Source: a virus
Lineage: Duplodnaviria; Caudoviricetes
IMG/VR virus record: IMGVR_UViG_3300014031_000001
Coordinates: 1 to 64,000 of that record
DNA length: 64,000 nt
Strand: one strand, 5' to 3'
The stretch's first letter is position 1, and each line of letters starts with the position of its first letter. The position numbers and the translations under genes are program-made. Below the pieces are notes generated by a model. The model did not search any database, was not told where the DNA came from, and was given only the letters and a program-made list of their open reading frames with translations. Positions 27,508 to 37,869 of this stretch are shown piece after piece.

Positions 27508-27799
27508 AAGGATCGGGGCGGCCTTGGCTTGGCTGGAGCAGGAAAGCTGCCAGCTCGTCGATCTGTTCGCTGTCGACTTGACGGTGGACAACGTCTACAG
27601 CTTCTACGAGGCCATCGCGTACTACCCCGACCAGGCCGAGGTTGAGACCTACACGGGCGGGCCGGCGCTGGTCGTCGGCCTCTTCAGCAAAGTCGGTTTT
27701 TCTGAAGTGCTCAAGGTCCAAGAACTCTTCCCGTGTAAGCTCTTTCCGCAAACGTCGGCCATTCAGTTTCTGTTTGGGGCTGGTAAGATGGGAACATGA
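27452..27799 (+). CDS. hypothetical protein, possibly a degenerate NDP-kinase-like fold
   Basis: AAGGAG RBS; ALILKP.AF..K.IG....WLE...FY...YTGGP recalls the NDK N-terminus but no catalytic His motif is seen. Confidence 0.4.
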   Translation: MSSPQRAALILKPRAFKNKRIGAALAWLEQESCQLVDLFAVDLTVDNVYSFYEAIAYYPDQAEVETYTGGPALVVGLFSKVGFSEVLKVQELFPCKLFPQTSAIQFLFGAGKMGT

Positions 27800-28182
27800 A
27801 AATCACGCTCAATACGAAGAACGCCGAGCAGCTCGCCAAGCGCCCCGACGCCGACGAGTTCGTGAACAGCGTGCTCGCGACCTACCTCACCGACGGCTTC
27901 ATCCGCCGCTCGGAGGTCGCCGGCATGGTGGTGACGAAGCCCTACTTTCGCTCGAGCTTCCAGACGAAGCAGAGCTACGACGAGACGACCCTGCAGTTTG
28001 AGGGGGTCGTCGTCGAAGGCATCCGGCCAAGCGAAAGCCTTTTTGTCTCGAGTCCCGCGCTCTTCGAGCTTCTGCGCGACCACCAGGTCGTGCTTGTCAT
28101 GCAAAGCCCCCGCTCTAAAAAGCCCGAGATGAAGCGCCCGAGCGAAGCCTCCGCCCCACCCCAGCACCAAGAACTTTCCTAG
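27796..28182 (+). CDS. hypothetical protein
   Basis: ATGA coupling. Confidence 0.55.
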   Translation: MKITLNTKNAEQLAKRPDADEFVNSVLATYLTDGFIRRSEVAGMVVTKPYFRSSFQTKQSYDETTLQFEGVVVEGIRPSESLFVSSPALFELLRDHQVVLVMQSPRSKKPEMKRPSEASAPPQHQELS

Positions 28183-28192
28183 GGAGCCCGCC

Positions 28193-28393
28193 GTGACAAC
28201 TGAAGAGACGCCGAAGGTCCGCCGGCTAGCGCCCCCCGTCGTCAAAGAGCTTGAGCTGAAGAACGCCGCCCGGCGCGACGCCGGCTTGCGCGAGATCCGG
28301 GTCAAGGTGCGTACCTGCCTGGCCTGCGGACGGTTTTTCGAGTCCATGGGCAACCGCACCTGCGGGTGCCTCGCGCCGCGCGGCACCGACTAA
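28193..28393 (+). CDS. small zinc-finger protein
   Basis: RTCLACGRFFES.GNRTCGC. Confidence 0.6.
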   Translation: MTTEETPKVRRLAPPVVKELELKNAARRDAGLREIRVKVRTCLACGRFFESMGNRTCGCLAPRGTD

Positions 28394-28478
28394 AGCAAAT
28401 ACTCCTTTGGGTATAAGGACTTTGTAGCGGTTGCCAGCCGCGGGCGAAGTGCTTATTATGAACCCACCGGAGGACACA

Positions 28479-29687
28479 ATGCGTTTAAAGTACGGGCCTT
28501 ACAGCCCATCGCGGCTGGAAACGGCCCTTTGCGGCCACTCTTTTTTTCGCACCTATGTCGACCCGCAGCGTAAACCGCGCGAGCTTTCGAGCGAATCTGT
28601 CCCGCAGGCGCGCGGCAGCGTGGTCCACGAGGTCTTCGAGGTGATGACGCGTCGGCGCATCGCCTCGCTCGCCGCCGGCGAGTCCGCCCTGGTCTACGCC
28701 GACGGTGAGCTGCGCCAGCTGGTGGTGGACGCCATGCGGCGCCACCCGGCCGCCTACGAGGAGCTCGACAGCATCCTTGCCATGGTGCGCCGCTACATCG
28801 ACCGGCCGCTGAAGATCCTGACGACCGACGCCGAGGTCGAGCTCCGCTTTGCCGTAAAGCACGCCGCCGGCGCCTTCGTCGAGTGCTCCTACGACGACCC
28901 CGACGCCTTTGCGCGAGGCCGCTCCGACGTCTTTATGATCTCGGATGACCAGAAGATCGGGCTCATCTACGACCACAAGACCCAACCCAACATCGAGGAC
29001 GCCGACACCTTCCAGATGGGGGTCTACGCCTGGCTCACGAGCAAGATCCACCCCTACCTCGAAGAGATCCACACCGTCCTGCACTTCGCCCAGATGGGGA
29101 TCTACTCCGCCCCGCACGTTTGGACGCGCGAGGCCCTGGCCCAAATCGAAGACGCCTTCCTGACGAGAGTCGCCATCATCGAGGGGCGCGAGAGCTGGGA
29201 GGCCACCCCCAACAAGATGTGCCAGTACTGCCCCTACATCAGTGAGTGCCCGGCCGTGGCCGAGGTCTTCGAGATCGACGAGAAGTCGGGCAAGGCCAAG
29301 GTGAAGGCCAAGACGCCCAAGATCCTAGGCTCGGTCGAGAAAGCCGTCCAGATCGCCGGCGTCATCACCGTGCTCGACGAGTTCATGTCGGCCGCCAAGA
29401 AGGCGCTGAAGGACCACACCGATCTTTACGGCCCTGTCGCCATCCCCGGCATGATCTACGAAAGCCGCGCTAAAGAAGCTATCGACTGGGACAAGGTGAA
29501 CAAGGCGTACCGGCTTTTGGCCTTCGAGGTCTTCAAACGCCACAACGTCGACCCGGCCGACTACATGGCCTTTGGCGCGACGGCAAGTAAACCCATCTGG
29601 CTTCTCGGCAACGCCAAGCTCGTGGAGGAGCTGTCGGCGCTCTTCCCGCGCACCGTGAGCCGGCGCTTTGACGGCTACAAAGCATGA
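28479..29687 (+). CDS. PD-(D/E)XK (RecB/Cas4-like) exonuclease with Cys cluster
   Basis: YSPSRL...C, RGSVVH, E, RGRSD, DHKT, QMGVY, CQYCPY...C. Confidence 0.88.
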   Translation: MRLKYGPYSPSRLETALCGHSFFRTYVDPQRKPRELSSESVPQARGSVVHEVFEVMTRRRIASLAAGESALVYADGELRQLVVDAMRRHPAAYEELDSILAMVRRYIDRPLKILTTDAEVELRFAVKHAAGAFVECSYDDPDAFARGRSDVFMISDDQKIGLIYDHKTQPNIEDADTFQMGVYAWLTSKIHPYLEEIHTVLHFAQMGIYSAPHVWTREALAQIEDAFLTRVAIIEGRESWEATPNKMCQYCPYISECPAVAEVFEIDEKSGKAKVKAKTPKILGSVEKAVQIAGVITVLDEFMSAAKKALKDHTDLYGPVAIPGMIYESRAKEAIDWDKVNKAYRLLAFEVFKRHNVDPADYMAFGATASKPIWLLGNAKLVEELSALFPRTVSRRFDGYKA

Positions 29688-30016
29688 AGGTCCTGCCTGT
29701 CGACACGGTGCTAGCGACCGAATGGCTCTCGTCGCAAGACGTCGCCGTGTCGATCGATGGCAACCCGCTAGTCATCATCGAGTTGGCGGCCGGTACGGTC
29801 TGCCTCTGCTACGACGCCAGCGCCGAAGTCATCGGCGAGACCCAATCCTTCCTGGCCGCCATCACCCTCTTTCCTATGTCACTGCGCGATCAGACAGTTT
29901 ACGATGGAGCCTTCAGCGCCATCAATGAGGGCGTCGTCGGTAAAATGGTTGTGCGTGGCGGCCGCTTCGACGGCTTCGTCGGGTACTTCGTCAAGATGGA
30001 GAAGAGCTGTGAATAG
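29684..30016 (+). CDS. hypothetical protein
   Basis: ATGA coupling. Confidence 0.55.
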   Translation: MKVLPVDTVLATEWLSSQDVAVSIDGNPLVIIELAAGTVCLCYDASAEVIGETQSFLAAITLFPMSLRDQTVYDGAFSAINEGVVGKMVVRGGRFDGFVGYFVKMEKSCE

Positions 30017-30440
30017 CTGGCTTGCGGACCTAGAGCGCGTCTTTCGCTACGAGTGCAAAAGCTGCGCGCAGAAGCACTTCTTCACAATGAAGACCTCCGA
30101 CCACGACCAAGACGCGACCGAGACGCGGGGCCTGTGCGGCAGCTGCGGCGCCCAGGGGCTCGACTATCTTGGCCAAGACCTCGCCGAGAAGTTCAACATC
30201 GCCAACCGGACAAAAGAGGCTTTCGACCAGAACGGCCGCCTCGCCTACAAGGTCGGCGACAGCTATATCTCGAAGACCAAGTACGACTACATGGAAACCG
30301 GTAAGATCGAAAACCAGTACACGCCGGCCTACCGCGAGCACCTGCTCAAGGACTTCGTCAAAAACGAGCAGCTGCTGACCACCGAGAAGAACCGCCGCCG
30401 CGCCATTGTCACCAAGGCTCCGCTCCTCGCGGAGTTCTGA
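30009..30440 (+). CDS. zinc-ribbon protein (FmdB-like N-terminus)
   Basis: YECKSC...CGSCG. Confidence 0.6.
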   Translation: MNSWLADLERVFRYECKSCAQKHFFTMKTSDHDQDATETRGLCGSCGAQGLDYLGQDLAEKFNIANRTKEAFDQNGRLAYKVGDSYISKTKYDYMETGKIENQYTPAYREHLLKDFVKNEQLLTTEKNRRRAIVTKAPLLAEF

Positions 30441-30460
30441 GCCCAAAGGGTATAAGACTA

Positions 30461-30850
30461 ATGAAGATCAAAGGTGTAGAGGGCGGGAGAAATCGCGGCG
30501 AGCCTATCGAGTACACGCCACCCGAGAAGGTGGTTTTGGCCGTCCAAGACGCCGTGTCGCACGACGCCGTCGGCCACCGGGCGTATTTTCCGGGACTGCT
30601 TGCCGCCGTCGAGCGGCCGAGCTTCGTCACCGAGAAGTTTAACTACTCGCCGAAGGGGGACCTCCTCAAGGGCAAGTGGCAGAACAACACCTACAGCGCC
30701 GAAGGTATGGCGAGCATCCTGATCGTCGACCTTAAGTCGGACACGGCGCGCCCCACGCGCAAGATCCGCTACCGCATCCGCTTTGAGGATGCCCTCGACA
30801 CGTTGGGCCAGCCCGACCTCACCGTCTCGCACTTCGAAATAATTCCATAA
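30461..30850 (+). CDS. hypothetical protein
   Basis: ATG 4 nt after GGTATAAG; possibly leaderless. Confidence 0.6.
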   Translation: MKIKGVEGGRNRGEPIEYTPPEKVVLAVQDAVSHDAVGHRAYFPGLLAAVERPSFVTEKFNYSPKGDLLKGKWQNNTYSAEGMASILIVDLKSDTARPTRKIRYRIRFEDALDTLGQPDLTVSHFEIIP

Positions 30851-31186
30851 CAGGCTGCCTCCTCTGGGGACAGCCCCGAGGAGGTTTCATGGATTTTTGG
30901 AGTACACTCCTTCCCCGCTTTCGCTCCCACGACAACGGCTACGGCTTTCGCGTGCGCTCCATGCGCTGGCGCAAGACCGGTTACGACTGCGTGCGCGACG
31001 CCGCTGGCCGCCTGATGATCCAGTACGGTCGTCGCCCCGTGCGGTTCGTCTGCGTCGTCCCCAGGGGCACGCCGGCCCCTCCCATCCTGATGTCGCCCAG
31101 CTGGACGGTGCTTTGGCGCCGCGGGCGGGTGCGCGTCGGCACGACTAAAAAACCCCTGAATCTGGCTAGCATTTGGAGAGACCAAG

Positions 31187-32296
31187 ATGAGGCACGGGCC
31201 GAAAAGCTACATGATCAAAGAGGTGGACGAGCTGTCCAGCTGGACGGCCGAGACCGGCAACGGCATCTTCAACTTCCCGTTCTATGACCGCGTCCCGCCC
31301 GAGTGCATGGCCTTCATCCAAGAGCAGTTCGCGCGGTTTAACGTCCCTCTTCACGAGGAGCTCCTCGAGCTGGCCGACGCGGCGGGCTACGTGCCGTTTT
31401 GCGTCGTCGATGGTTTCGCCCCCTACCTGATCTTCAGTGGCATCTCGGACGTCGACATCACTGACGATTGGTGCCGGCACGCCTACGAGATGATCGAGTA
31501 CGAGGGGGCCACGCCGCAGGAGCTCGACGCCGAGCGCCTCGAGACCTACATCTACATCCCCGGCCAAGCCGAGCGCGTCTTTATGGACTGCCTCTCGCGC
31601 CCCGGTCTTGACGCTCTGCCGTACGACGCCGGTGACATCCTGCGCGAGGCTTCGGGCAAGTACAACGACGATTGGATTTCCGACGTCTGGAGCAGGCTTT
31701 CCGAGGAGTGCAAGCAGGCCTGCTTTCGGCACATGCCGGCCCCTCCAGGCAGCGAGTTTTCCCTCTGCGAGACGACCTTTACCGGCTACACGGAGCTCGC
31801 CATGTGGGCGGCCTTTCTGTGGCTAATCGGGCCCCCGGGCCGGTCTCTACGAGCGGGCACCTGCGAGATCTTTGATGCGGCCATGGCCAGCGGCGAGTGT
31901 CTCTTGGCGGAAGGCTGCGTCATCGATGCTATCCACTACCGTAAGCTCCAAAGGGCGCCGAAGAGCTGCCACCGCTGCGGCCTTGACGCTTGGTGCGTCG
32001 AGCTGACGAGTTCGGGCCCCTCGATGGTAGGCCAGAGCGCCCGCCATATCTGCGAGCACTGTTTGACGGAAGGTATGCCCGTCTACCGGCCCGCCAACTG
32101 CGGCGGCAAGATGTGCCGGTGGCTGACCTGCCCCTACCACCCCGACCACGGCACGCAGCGTGCGGGGATGCACGGCTGGTACGGTCAGCACGGCCAGCTC
32201 GCCGGCGGTAGCCTGCGGGTGAATTCGATGGTCCGGCGTGCTAGTTTGGATGGTACGCGACAGCCAACAATGAAGCAGCTAGAGGGGCCACGATGA
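31187..32296 (+). CDS. hypothetical protein with Cys-rich C-terminus
   Basis: GGAG RBS; CHRC...C...CEHC...C...C...CPYH. Confidence 0.65.
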   Translation: MRHGPKSYMIKEVDELSSWTAETGNGIFNFPFYDRVPPECMAFIQEQFARFNVPLHEELLELADAAGYVPFCVVDGFAPYLIFSGISDVDITDDWCRHAYEMIEYEGATPQELDAERLETYIYIPGQAERVFMDCLSRPGLDALPYDAGDILREASGKYNDDWISDVWSRLSEECKQACFRHMPAPPGSEFSLCETTFTGYTELAMWAAFLWLIGPPGRSLRAGTCEIFDAAMASGECLLAEGCVIDAIHYRKLQRAPKSCHRCGLDAWCVELTSSGPSMVGQSARHICEHCLTEGMPVYRPANCGGKMCRWLTCPYHPDHGTQRAGMHGWYGQHGQLAGGSLRVNSMVRRASLDGTRQPTMKQLEGPR

Positions 32297-32589
32297 GCTT
32301 CTGGGATGGATTTGAGAAGAGTGTGCTTTCCCCTCCTGGTGCACTTAGGATCGGCGAAAAGAAAGCTGGCCTTGCCAAAGGCTTTCTTGCCGGCGTGCTC
32401 GGCGTCGAGGACTTGGCGACTGAGACGCTCGCGCGCCAAGCAGGCAAGGCCGCCCGTCACACGGTCGCACCCGTCGTCGCCGCCGGCGGCACGGCAGCTG
32501 TGATTCGGCACAAAGACAGGTCGGAAAAGAAAGAAGAGGCCGCGGCCGAGAAGACCGCCTTCTGGCGCGGCTTCGGTAAAGCCGTTTAA
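32293..32589 (+). CDS. small protein with FWxGFxK motifs at both ends
   Basis: MSFWDGFEK...EKTAFWRGFGKAV. Confidence 0.7.
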   Translation: MSFWDGFEKSVLSPPGALRIGEKKAGLAKGFLAGVLGVEDLATETLARQAGKAARHTVAPVVAAGGTAAVIRHKDRSEKKEEAAAEKTAFWRGFGKAV

Positions 32590-32646
32590 TTCAGTGACCT
32601 GCCGTGGTATTTTGGTGCAAACCGAGATAGCGCGGAGAGACGAACC

Positions 32647-33066
32647 ATGGACACCAACAAGGTCTGGCTGACCGGTCTTGTCATTTCCAGGCCGATTCTG
32701 ACAAAATCTCCGAAGACGACGTTCGCGTCGTTCACGCTTCTCGTGCAGGAGAGCTTCAAAGATCGCGCCGGCGTCAACAAGATCCACCCCAACATCGTCA
32801 TCGTCGAAAGCCTCGGACGCAGCGCCGAGACGGTGGCGGCAAGGGTCGTCGAGGGCCAGCGCTTCGGCGTCGAAGGCTACATGCGGCAAGACGAGCGCGA
32901 CGGGCACAGCAACGTGCGCGTCCGCTCGTTTTCCGTCTACCCGGAAAAATCAGCAGGGGCAGAAAACTATCGCCAGGGCCTCGTCCAGGCCCTTAGCATC
33001 CTCGCCAAGCATGGGAGCCTCGGCAGCGCCGTCAAGGAGCTGGAGGCGCTCGTCTCGGCCGGGTAG
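32647..33066 (+). CDS. ssb: single-stranded DNA-binding protein (OB fold)
   Basis: NKVWLTG....P...ASFTL.V...G..AE......G....VEG.MR. Confidence 0.75.
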   Translation: MDTNKVWLTGLVISRPILTKSPKTTFASFTLLVQESFKDRAGVNKIHPNIVIVESLGRSAETVAARVVEGQRFGVEGYMRQDERDGHSNVRVRSFSVYPEKSAGAENYRQGLVQALSILAKHGSLGSAVKELEALVSAG

Positions 33067-33078
33067 GAGAACACAGCA

Positions 33079-33762
33079 GTGCTAAAGCTTCAGCGCCACT
33101 ACGAGTCCTACGGAGCCTCCGTCAGGGCTAGCCTTCCCGACACCTACGACGCCTTCGCCAAGGCCACGCCCACGGAAGTCCCCGAGCGCTTTCCCACCAT
33201 CTTCGACTTTCTGGCCTACGCCGCCTCGCATGTCAAATCAGCCATCGACCTGGGCGACGAAGCCCACTACCAGCACACGCTCAAGGTCCACCAGAAGGCC
33301 TTGCTCCACATGTGCCTCACCATGGTGGAGCGCGAGCTTGCACTGTTGGGAGAGCCCTCGTCGGAGTCCTTAATGAAGCTGCTCAACGGAAAGGGCTACC
33401 TGTGGTATCGCTACTGCCCGCTGTCGGTCACCTTCGACATGCGCCGCCCTGACGGCACGCCGCGCTCGGTGGCGATCCTGCCGCGCTACGACGAAGCGCT
33501 GGTGGCGCGCGTGCCCGAGGGCTGCGAGTACATGGACGGCGAGGAGGCCGAGGCGATCCGCAAGGCACAAGATCCCGTCTTTGCCGATGCGCTGTTCGCC
33601 GCCAAGCGCGGCACAGCCGAGGGCCACTGGAAGCTCCTGCCATCCGATGCGCCCAGCATCTCGCCGCATGCCCAGGTCGTCATTGCCCCCTGGCAGACCT
33701 TCAACGCGGGGCTCGTGCGCGACTGGACCTTGCCGCTCTTCCCCGAGGTGACTCGTGGGTAG
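33079..33762 (+). CDS. hypothetical protein
   Basis: AGGAGAACACA leader. Confidence 0.65.
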   Translation: MLKLQRHYESYGASVRASLPDTYDAFAKATPTEVPERFPTIFDFLAYAASHVKSAIDLGDEAHYQHTLKVHQKALLHMCLTMVERELALLGEPSSESLMKLLNGKGYLWYRYCPLSVTFDMRRPDGTPRSVAILPRYDEALVARVPEGCEYMDGEEAEAIRKAQDPVFADALFAAKRGTAEGHWKLLPSDAPSISPHAQVVIAPWQTFNAGLVRDWTLPLFPEVTRG

Positions 33763-34183
33763 CACCGAAGGGGACTTCAACGCGAGACTGACGCGGGGCT
33801 TTAAGCCCCTGTCGCCGGACCTGCTGGCGTTGAAAACGTCGGACCGTTTTCACGCGGGCGTGCCCGACTTCATCTTGGTCTACAAGGCGCAGACCGCGGC
33901 CCTCGAGGTCAAGTACGTGTCGTCTTGGCCCACCAACCAAGCCAAGCTTCTGGGGCACCCCTTCCAGGGTCCGCAGATCACCTACCTTCGGCGCCTTCAC
34001 CTTGCGGGTGCGCGCGCCTTCGGCCTGGTGGGCATCAAGCCGGCGCACGCGATGTACCTCATCGCCCACGACGAGCTTCCCGAAGACGGCAACTGGTCGG
34101 TCGCCGAGTTCACCCGGCGGTTCGGGGACAGGGCGTTGCCGACCAGCAACGCGGTCGAGCTGGTGCGCAGGATCTTTTTTTAG
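33755..34183 (+). CDS. Holliday-junction resolvase / VRR-NUC-like nuclease
   Basis: E..F, GVPD, LEVK, Q..YL......G..A. Confidence 0.75.
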   Translation: MGSTEGDFNARLTRGFKPLSPDLLALKTSDRFHAGVPDFILVYKAQTAALEVKYVSSWPTNQAKLLGHPFQGPQITYLRRLHLAGARAFGLVGIKPAHAMYLIAHDELPEDGNWSVAEFTRRFGDRALPTSNAVELVRRIFF

Positions 34184-34194
34184 GAGAGACACAC

Positions 34195-34686
34195 GTGAGC
34201 TCGCGCGACCTTCTGGGCGACATCTTCCGGGCGAAAGAGTACGACGTGCGGACGTTCATGGACGTCATCCGCGACGAGACCTTGCGCGAGACGCCGACAG
34301 ACATCGGGTCGGCCATCGCCAACGAGCCGGTGGCCGACGTGCACTCGACGGCGACTTCGGTCGTCCACACGTCAGGCTTCATTCGCATCGAGTGCGTCAC
34401 CAACAAGGACGACGTCGCCTGGCACGTGGCGCCCCTGCACCCGAAGAAGCCCTGGAGGGTCAACGAGGACCGCGTGATCTACACAATCATGCGGGTGATG
34501 GCGCAGACCCTGCCCAACACGCTGAAGGTCGAGGTCGGACTGCCCTACCATGACCCCGAGGGCAAGTGGGACATTAAAGAGATGACCTTCCGCGCCCGCG
34601 GCGTCAAGAAGGTCTGGAACGTCACCAGCCGGGACCTCGACAAGATGGTGGAGCGGCTCTTCGTCGCCCTCAACCAGCTGGTCTAG
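34195..34686 (+). CDS. hypothetical protein
   Basis: AGGAG RBS. Confidence 0.6.
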   Translation: MSSRDLLGDIFRAKEYDVRTFMDVIRDETLRETPTDIGSAIANEPVADVHSTATSVVHTSGFIRIECVTNKDDVAWHVAPLHPKKPWRVNEDRVIYTIMRVMAQTLPNTLKVEVGLPYHDPEGKWDIKEMTFRARGVKKVWNVTSRDLDKMVERLFVALNQLV

Positions 34687-34771
34687 GCAGCGGAGAAACG
34701 GCCGCGTCGGGGTAAAAGCTTCCTAGCGGGGACGCGGCTGCTACAATGTGGCAAACACCGCGAGGTTCCCT

Positions 34772-35032
34772 ATGACCACTAAGGCTTTTAGTAGCGGGGC
34801 CGTAGCTCTGCTTTTGTCGGCGTGTGCGACCGCCAGCCCACCGCGAACGCGTCAGCAGCAGCTCGAACGCCGCGTGCTCCAGCTAGAGACCTGGAAGTCG
34901 GACGTCGAGCTGCGCATCGACGCCATCGAAAAGTTGCCGACGCGGTCGGCGGCACGCGTCTCCGAGCTGGAGAGCCTGCTTGGGCTGGCCTTGGCGACGC
35001 CGCGGGACGCCTGCCCGGCGAGTTCAGAGTAG
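34772..35032 (+). CDS. possible lipoprotein with coiled coil
   Basis: ALLLSAC lipobox-like segment. Confidence 0.45.
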   Translation: MTTKAFSSGAVALLLSACATASPPRTRQQQLERRVLQLETWKSDVELRIDAIEKLPTRSAARVSELESLLGLALATPRDACPASSE

Positions 35033-35065
35033 CCATACTTTTAGTCGAGGCAGGGAGAACACAGC

Positions 35066-35332
35066 ATGGAATTAGACCCGAAGGAGCTACGAAAAACGAT
35101 AGCGGACCGCCGACACGCGCGCCTTGGCGTACCATTTATCCATATGGCGGTGACAGATTTGCGCTTGGCGCTGCCGACGCCCGAAGAGCTGCGACGCTTG
35201 GCCGCTTACGTCGACGTCGCCGTTTTGCGCAGGATAGACGACCCCGACGTCATTGCCGAACAGTTTGATGAGCTCAAAAATAAGCTGCTTCTCTGGGCGA
35301 CGGCCCTCGAACTGTTCGATGCCAGCACTTGA
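35066..35332 (+). CDS. hypothetical protein
   Basis: GGGAGAACACA leader. Confidence 0.55.
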   Translation: MELDPKELRKTIADRRHARLGVPFIHMAVTDLRLALPTPEELRRLAAYVDVAVLRRIDDPDVIAEQFDELKNKLLLWATALELFDAST

Positions 35333-35582
35333 AAGTGGTATGTGTAACCTTAAACCTACGGCGGACGCCCATGCCACGACGGCCACTCCTTCTGCTCGTA
35401 TTGCTCGGCTCGTGCGCACACCACGCCAAGCCGCACCACAAGCCGCAGCGCGACAGCTGCAGCGACCGTATGGGCGACCTGCAAGACAAGTTTGACACGG
35501 CGATCTTCGCCTGTCGCAACGACCTGGCCGCCTGCGAGCGCGCCTGCCCGGCGCTTCCCGGCCGCCCCCGAAGGAGACGCTG

Positions 35583-35819
35583 ATGGAAAAGTGCCGAGCA
35601 CGTACCTGCAAAGAGGTGGCCTTGCGCCATCAGCCGCTGTGCCAGGTCCACTGGATGAAGGTGCCGTGGCCCATGCGCCGCAAGCTCAGTAAGATGCTGC
35701 GCAAAAACGACCTGATGGCGCACTCTTTTCACAACGGCCTGGCGTCAACCGTCGTGGCCTACGTGAACAAACTTGAGATGGCGGCCAGGAGGCCGCTCCC
35801 GGGAGAACACAGTGCTTGA
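35583..35819 (+). CDS. small Cys/His metal-binding protein
   Basis: AAGGAG RBS; C-x4-C...C-x2-HW..VP. Confidence 0.6.
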   Translation: MEKCRARTCKEVALRHQPLCQVHWMKVPWPMRRKLSKMLRKNDLMAHSFHNGLASTVVAYVNKLEMAARRPLPGEHSA

Positions 35820-35843
35820 GCTTAGCTTTGAGGAGGCCATGTC

Positions 35844-36422
35844 ATGAAAGAGCTGTTTGACAACCCCAGCCCGCCGCTTGAGCTTTACGTCAAAGAGCCC
35901 GACGGAACGCTAAAGATTACGACCGCCATGGCGTGCGCCCACTGCCGTGCCGTGCGCCACTCGGAGGCGGCCGCTCTCAGGTGCTGCCTACAGCAAAAGT
36001 GCGCCGACTGCGGCGCCAACGTCGACCAGAGCGCCATGCGCTGTAACGACTGTCACGAGGTTCGTCGTGAGGGGCGAGCTGCCGAGGTGGCCGATGACGG
36101 GCACCCTGTGTTCGACGACAGCCGCGGCGAGTACTACGACAGCTTGGACGCCTACCTCGACGAGGTGCCGCCGGAGAACCGTAGCGAGTTCGTCTACGCC
36201 TGCAGGGCCCACGAGTACCCGGGAATCAACGTCGACGCCGTGCTAGAAAACATCCAAGAGGCCTACCACGAGGAGGCCGACTACACGGTCGTTGACCGCC
36301 TCGAGCTTGTGGACTTCATTGACGCCTGGAACGCCAAGCAGCCGAAGATCGAAGGCTGGGACGGCGACTACTCTCGCAAGATTCGTGTCCCCGCAGAGCC
36401 CCCAAAGGAAAGCGCACCATGA
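35844..36422 (+). CDS. Cys-rich hypothetical protein
   Basis: GAGGAGG RBS; several CxxC. Confidence 0.65.
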   Translation: MKELFDNPSPPLELYVKEPDGTLKITTAMACAHCRAVRHSEAAALRCCLQQKCADCGANVDQSAMRCNDCHEVRREGRAAEVADDGHPVFDDSRGEYYDSLDAYLDEVPPENRSEFVYACRAHEYPGINVDAVLENIQEAYHEEADYTVVDRLELVDFIDAWNAKQPKIEGWDGDYSRKIRVPAEPPKESAP

Positions 36423-36752
36423 CTTTTGTTCCCGGAATCCGCGCCATCGAAGGAGTCTTCCATGTGGCAAGAAATGAAAGCGTTCAGCTATCCAACAAAT
36501 GCGTGGGACTACCGCGGCGCACGCTTCCTCTTCTACTGCCCGGACCATGGCGTCGTCATTGGTGTCTGCATTCTCGAAGACGCTGAAGATGCAGACAACA
36601 AGGACTATTCATTCCGCGACGGCGAGAGAACTTTTTCGCCGACTCATTGGATGCCTCTGCCTCCGGCTCCGTGAGTCGAGTTGCTCGCGAAGCGCCGCAA
36701 CCTGTAATTACTTCTACCACCGCGATTTCATCGCAACCACTAGTAGGCCCCC

Positions 36753-37478
36753 ATGTCGATAAACCTGACGCCCCCTGACGCAAGCTTCGTGTTTCCGAGC
36801 CGCCAGCCCGCCCTTGGAGGGGCGATGGGGCTGTCCGCGCACGAGATCGCCGAGATTCTCGGCACGACCTTCTCGAAGGTCAAAAAAAAGATGGGAGGCG
36901 ACGACTTTGCCGAAATGGTTAAGTGCCTGCAATCGCAAACAAACCCGTATGGGATGGTTCACGATGTCAACGGGTTAGCCTTCACCACGATTGTGGTGGA
37001 CGAACTGACGGCGCGCGCCTTCATCGCCAAGTGGAACTGCCCCAAGGGGTACGCCTACCTGCGCTGGCTTTTCGCCTGCGAGCAGGCCGTGCCGAAACTG
37101 ATCGCTCGGCTGCACGAGGCCGAGCAGAAGATTAGCTTTCTGTGTAGACCGCGCCGGCGAGTACAAAGCGGCCGCACCGTGCACATTGGCTACAAGGTGC
37201 GCGAGCGCAAGAACATCTTTGGCGAGACCGAGTATTACCGCGAGGAAGTGCGCGAAGCGCTACTCGCACTCGGACAGGCCGACCGCAGTCTTTGGCAGCT
37301 GCGCCACATGGCCTCGGTCGGCGAGGGCCTGCTACGCCGCTCTAAGGAGCTGCAGGAGCAGCTGAGCCTGCTGGGCCTGCCCCCGTACGAGGAGCGCGTA
37401 AAAGACATGCCCCACAAGGTCTTTACCAAGCTCGAGGGGCCCCCAGGCCGCGAAGGCGCCCCCCTTACGAAACACTAG
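36753..37478 (+). CDS. putative Rha/antirepressor-like DNA-binding protein
   Basis: LSAHEIAEILG HTH-like; ARAFIAKW...G..Y..WL..CE followed by coiled coil. Confidence 0.5.
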   Translation: MSINLTPPDASFVFPSRQPALGGAMGLSAHEIAEILGTTFSKVKKKMGGDDFAEMVKCLQSQTNPYGMVHDVNGLAFTTIVVDELTARAFIAKWNCPKGYAYLRWLFACEQAVPKLIARLHEAEQKISFLCRPRRRVQSGRTVHIGYKVRERKNIFGETEYYREEVREALLALGQADRSLWQLRHMASVGEGLLRRSKELQEQLSLLGLPPYEERVKDMPHKVFTKLEGPPGREGAPLTKH

Positions 37479-37488
37479 GAGCGCGCGG

Positions 37489-37869
37489 ATGTCGACACCA
37501 CCTATGAGCGACCCTGACAAGATCCTCCTGCCCTGCCCCAACACGCTCTGCAAGCTCACGGTGGAAGACCTTACCTTCGACTGGAAAGACCAATTCTTCA
37601 GCAGAGCCGTGCGCGTTGCCTGCCCTTGTGGCACGTCCGGCCCATGGTACGAAAGACGCCGGCCGGTAGTCGCGGCGCGCGTCGCCGCCAACGCGTGGAA
37701 CAAGCTACCGCGGCACAGCGGAAAAAGCGGCTGCTTACTCCCTGCCGCCGATGAAAGTGAGCTCGCGTCAGACCTTACGCTGTACGGAACCGCGTACAAG
37801 TACGCCTGTCCTTGCGGGCTCTTTCATCGCATGGTTCCCGACCGCGTGACGCTGGAGTTTAAGCGGTGA
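37489..37869 (+). CDS. Lar-like zinc-binding protein
   Basis: LLPCP...CPCGTSGP...A..AWN. Confidence 0.5.
   Translation: MSTPPMSDPDKILLPCPNTLCKLTVEDLTFDWKDQFFSRAVRVACPCGTSGPWYERRRPVVAARVAANAWNKLPRHSGKSGCLLPAADESELASDLTLYGTAYKYACPCGLFHRMVPDRVTLEFKR

Noticed and set aside
28479-29687. Cas4 as an adaptation module for the RAMP locus
   Set aside because: About 6 kb away among replication genes with no cas1 or cas2; such nucleases are common phage recombination exonucleases
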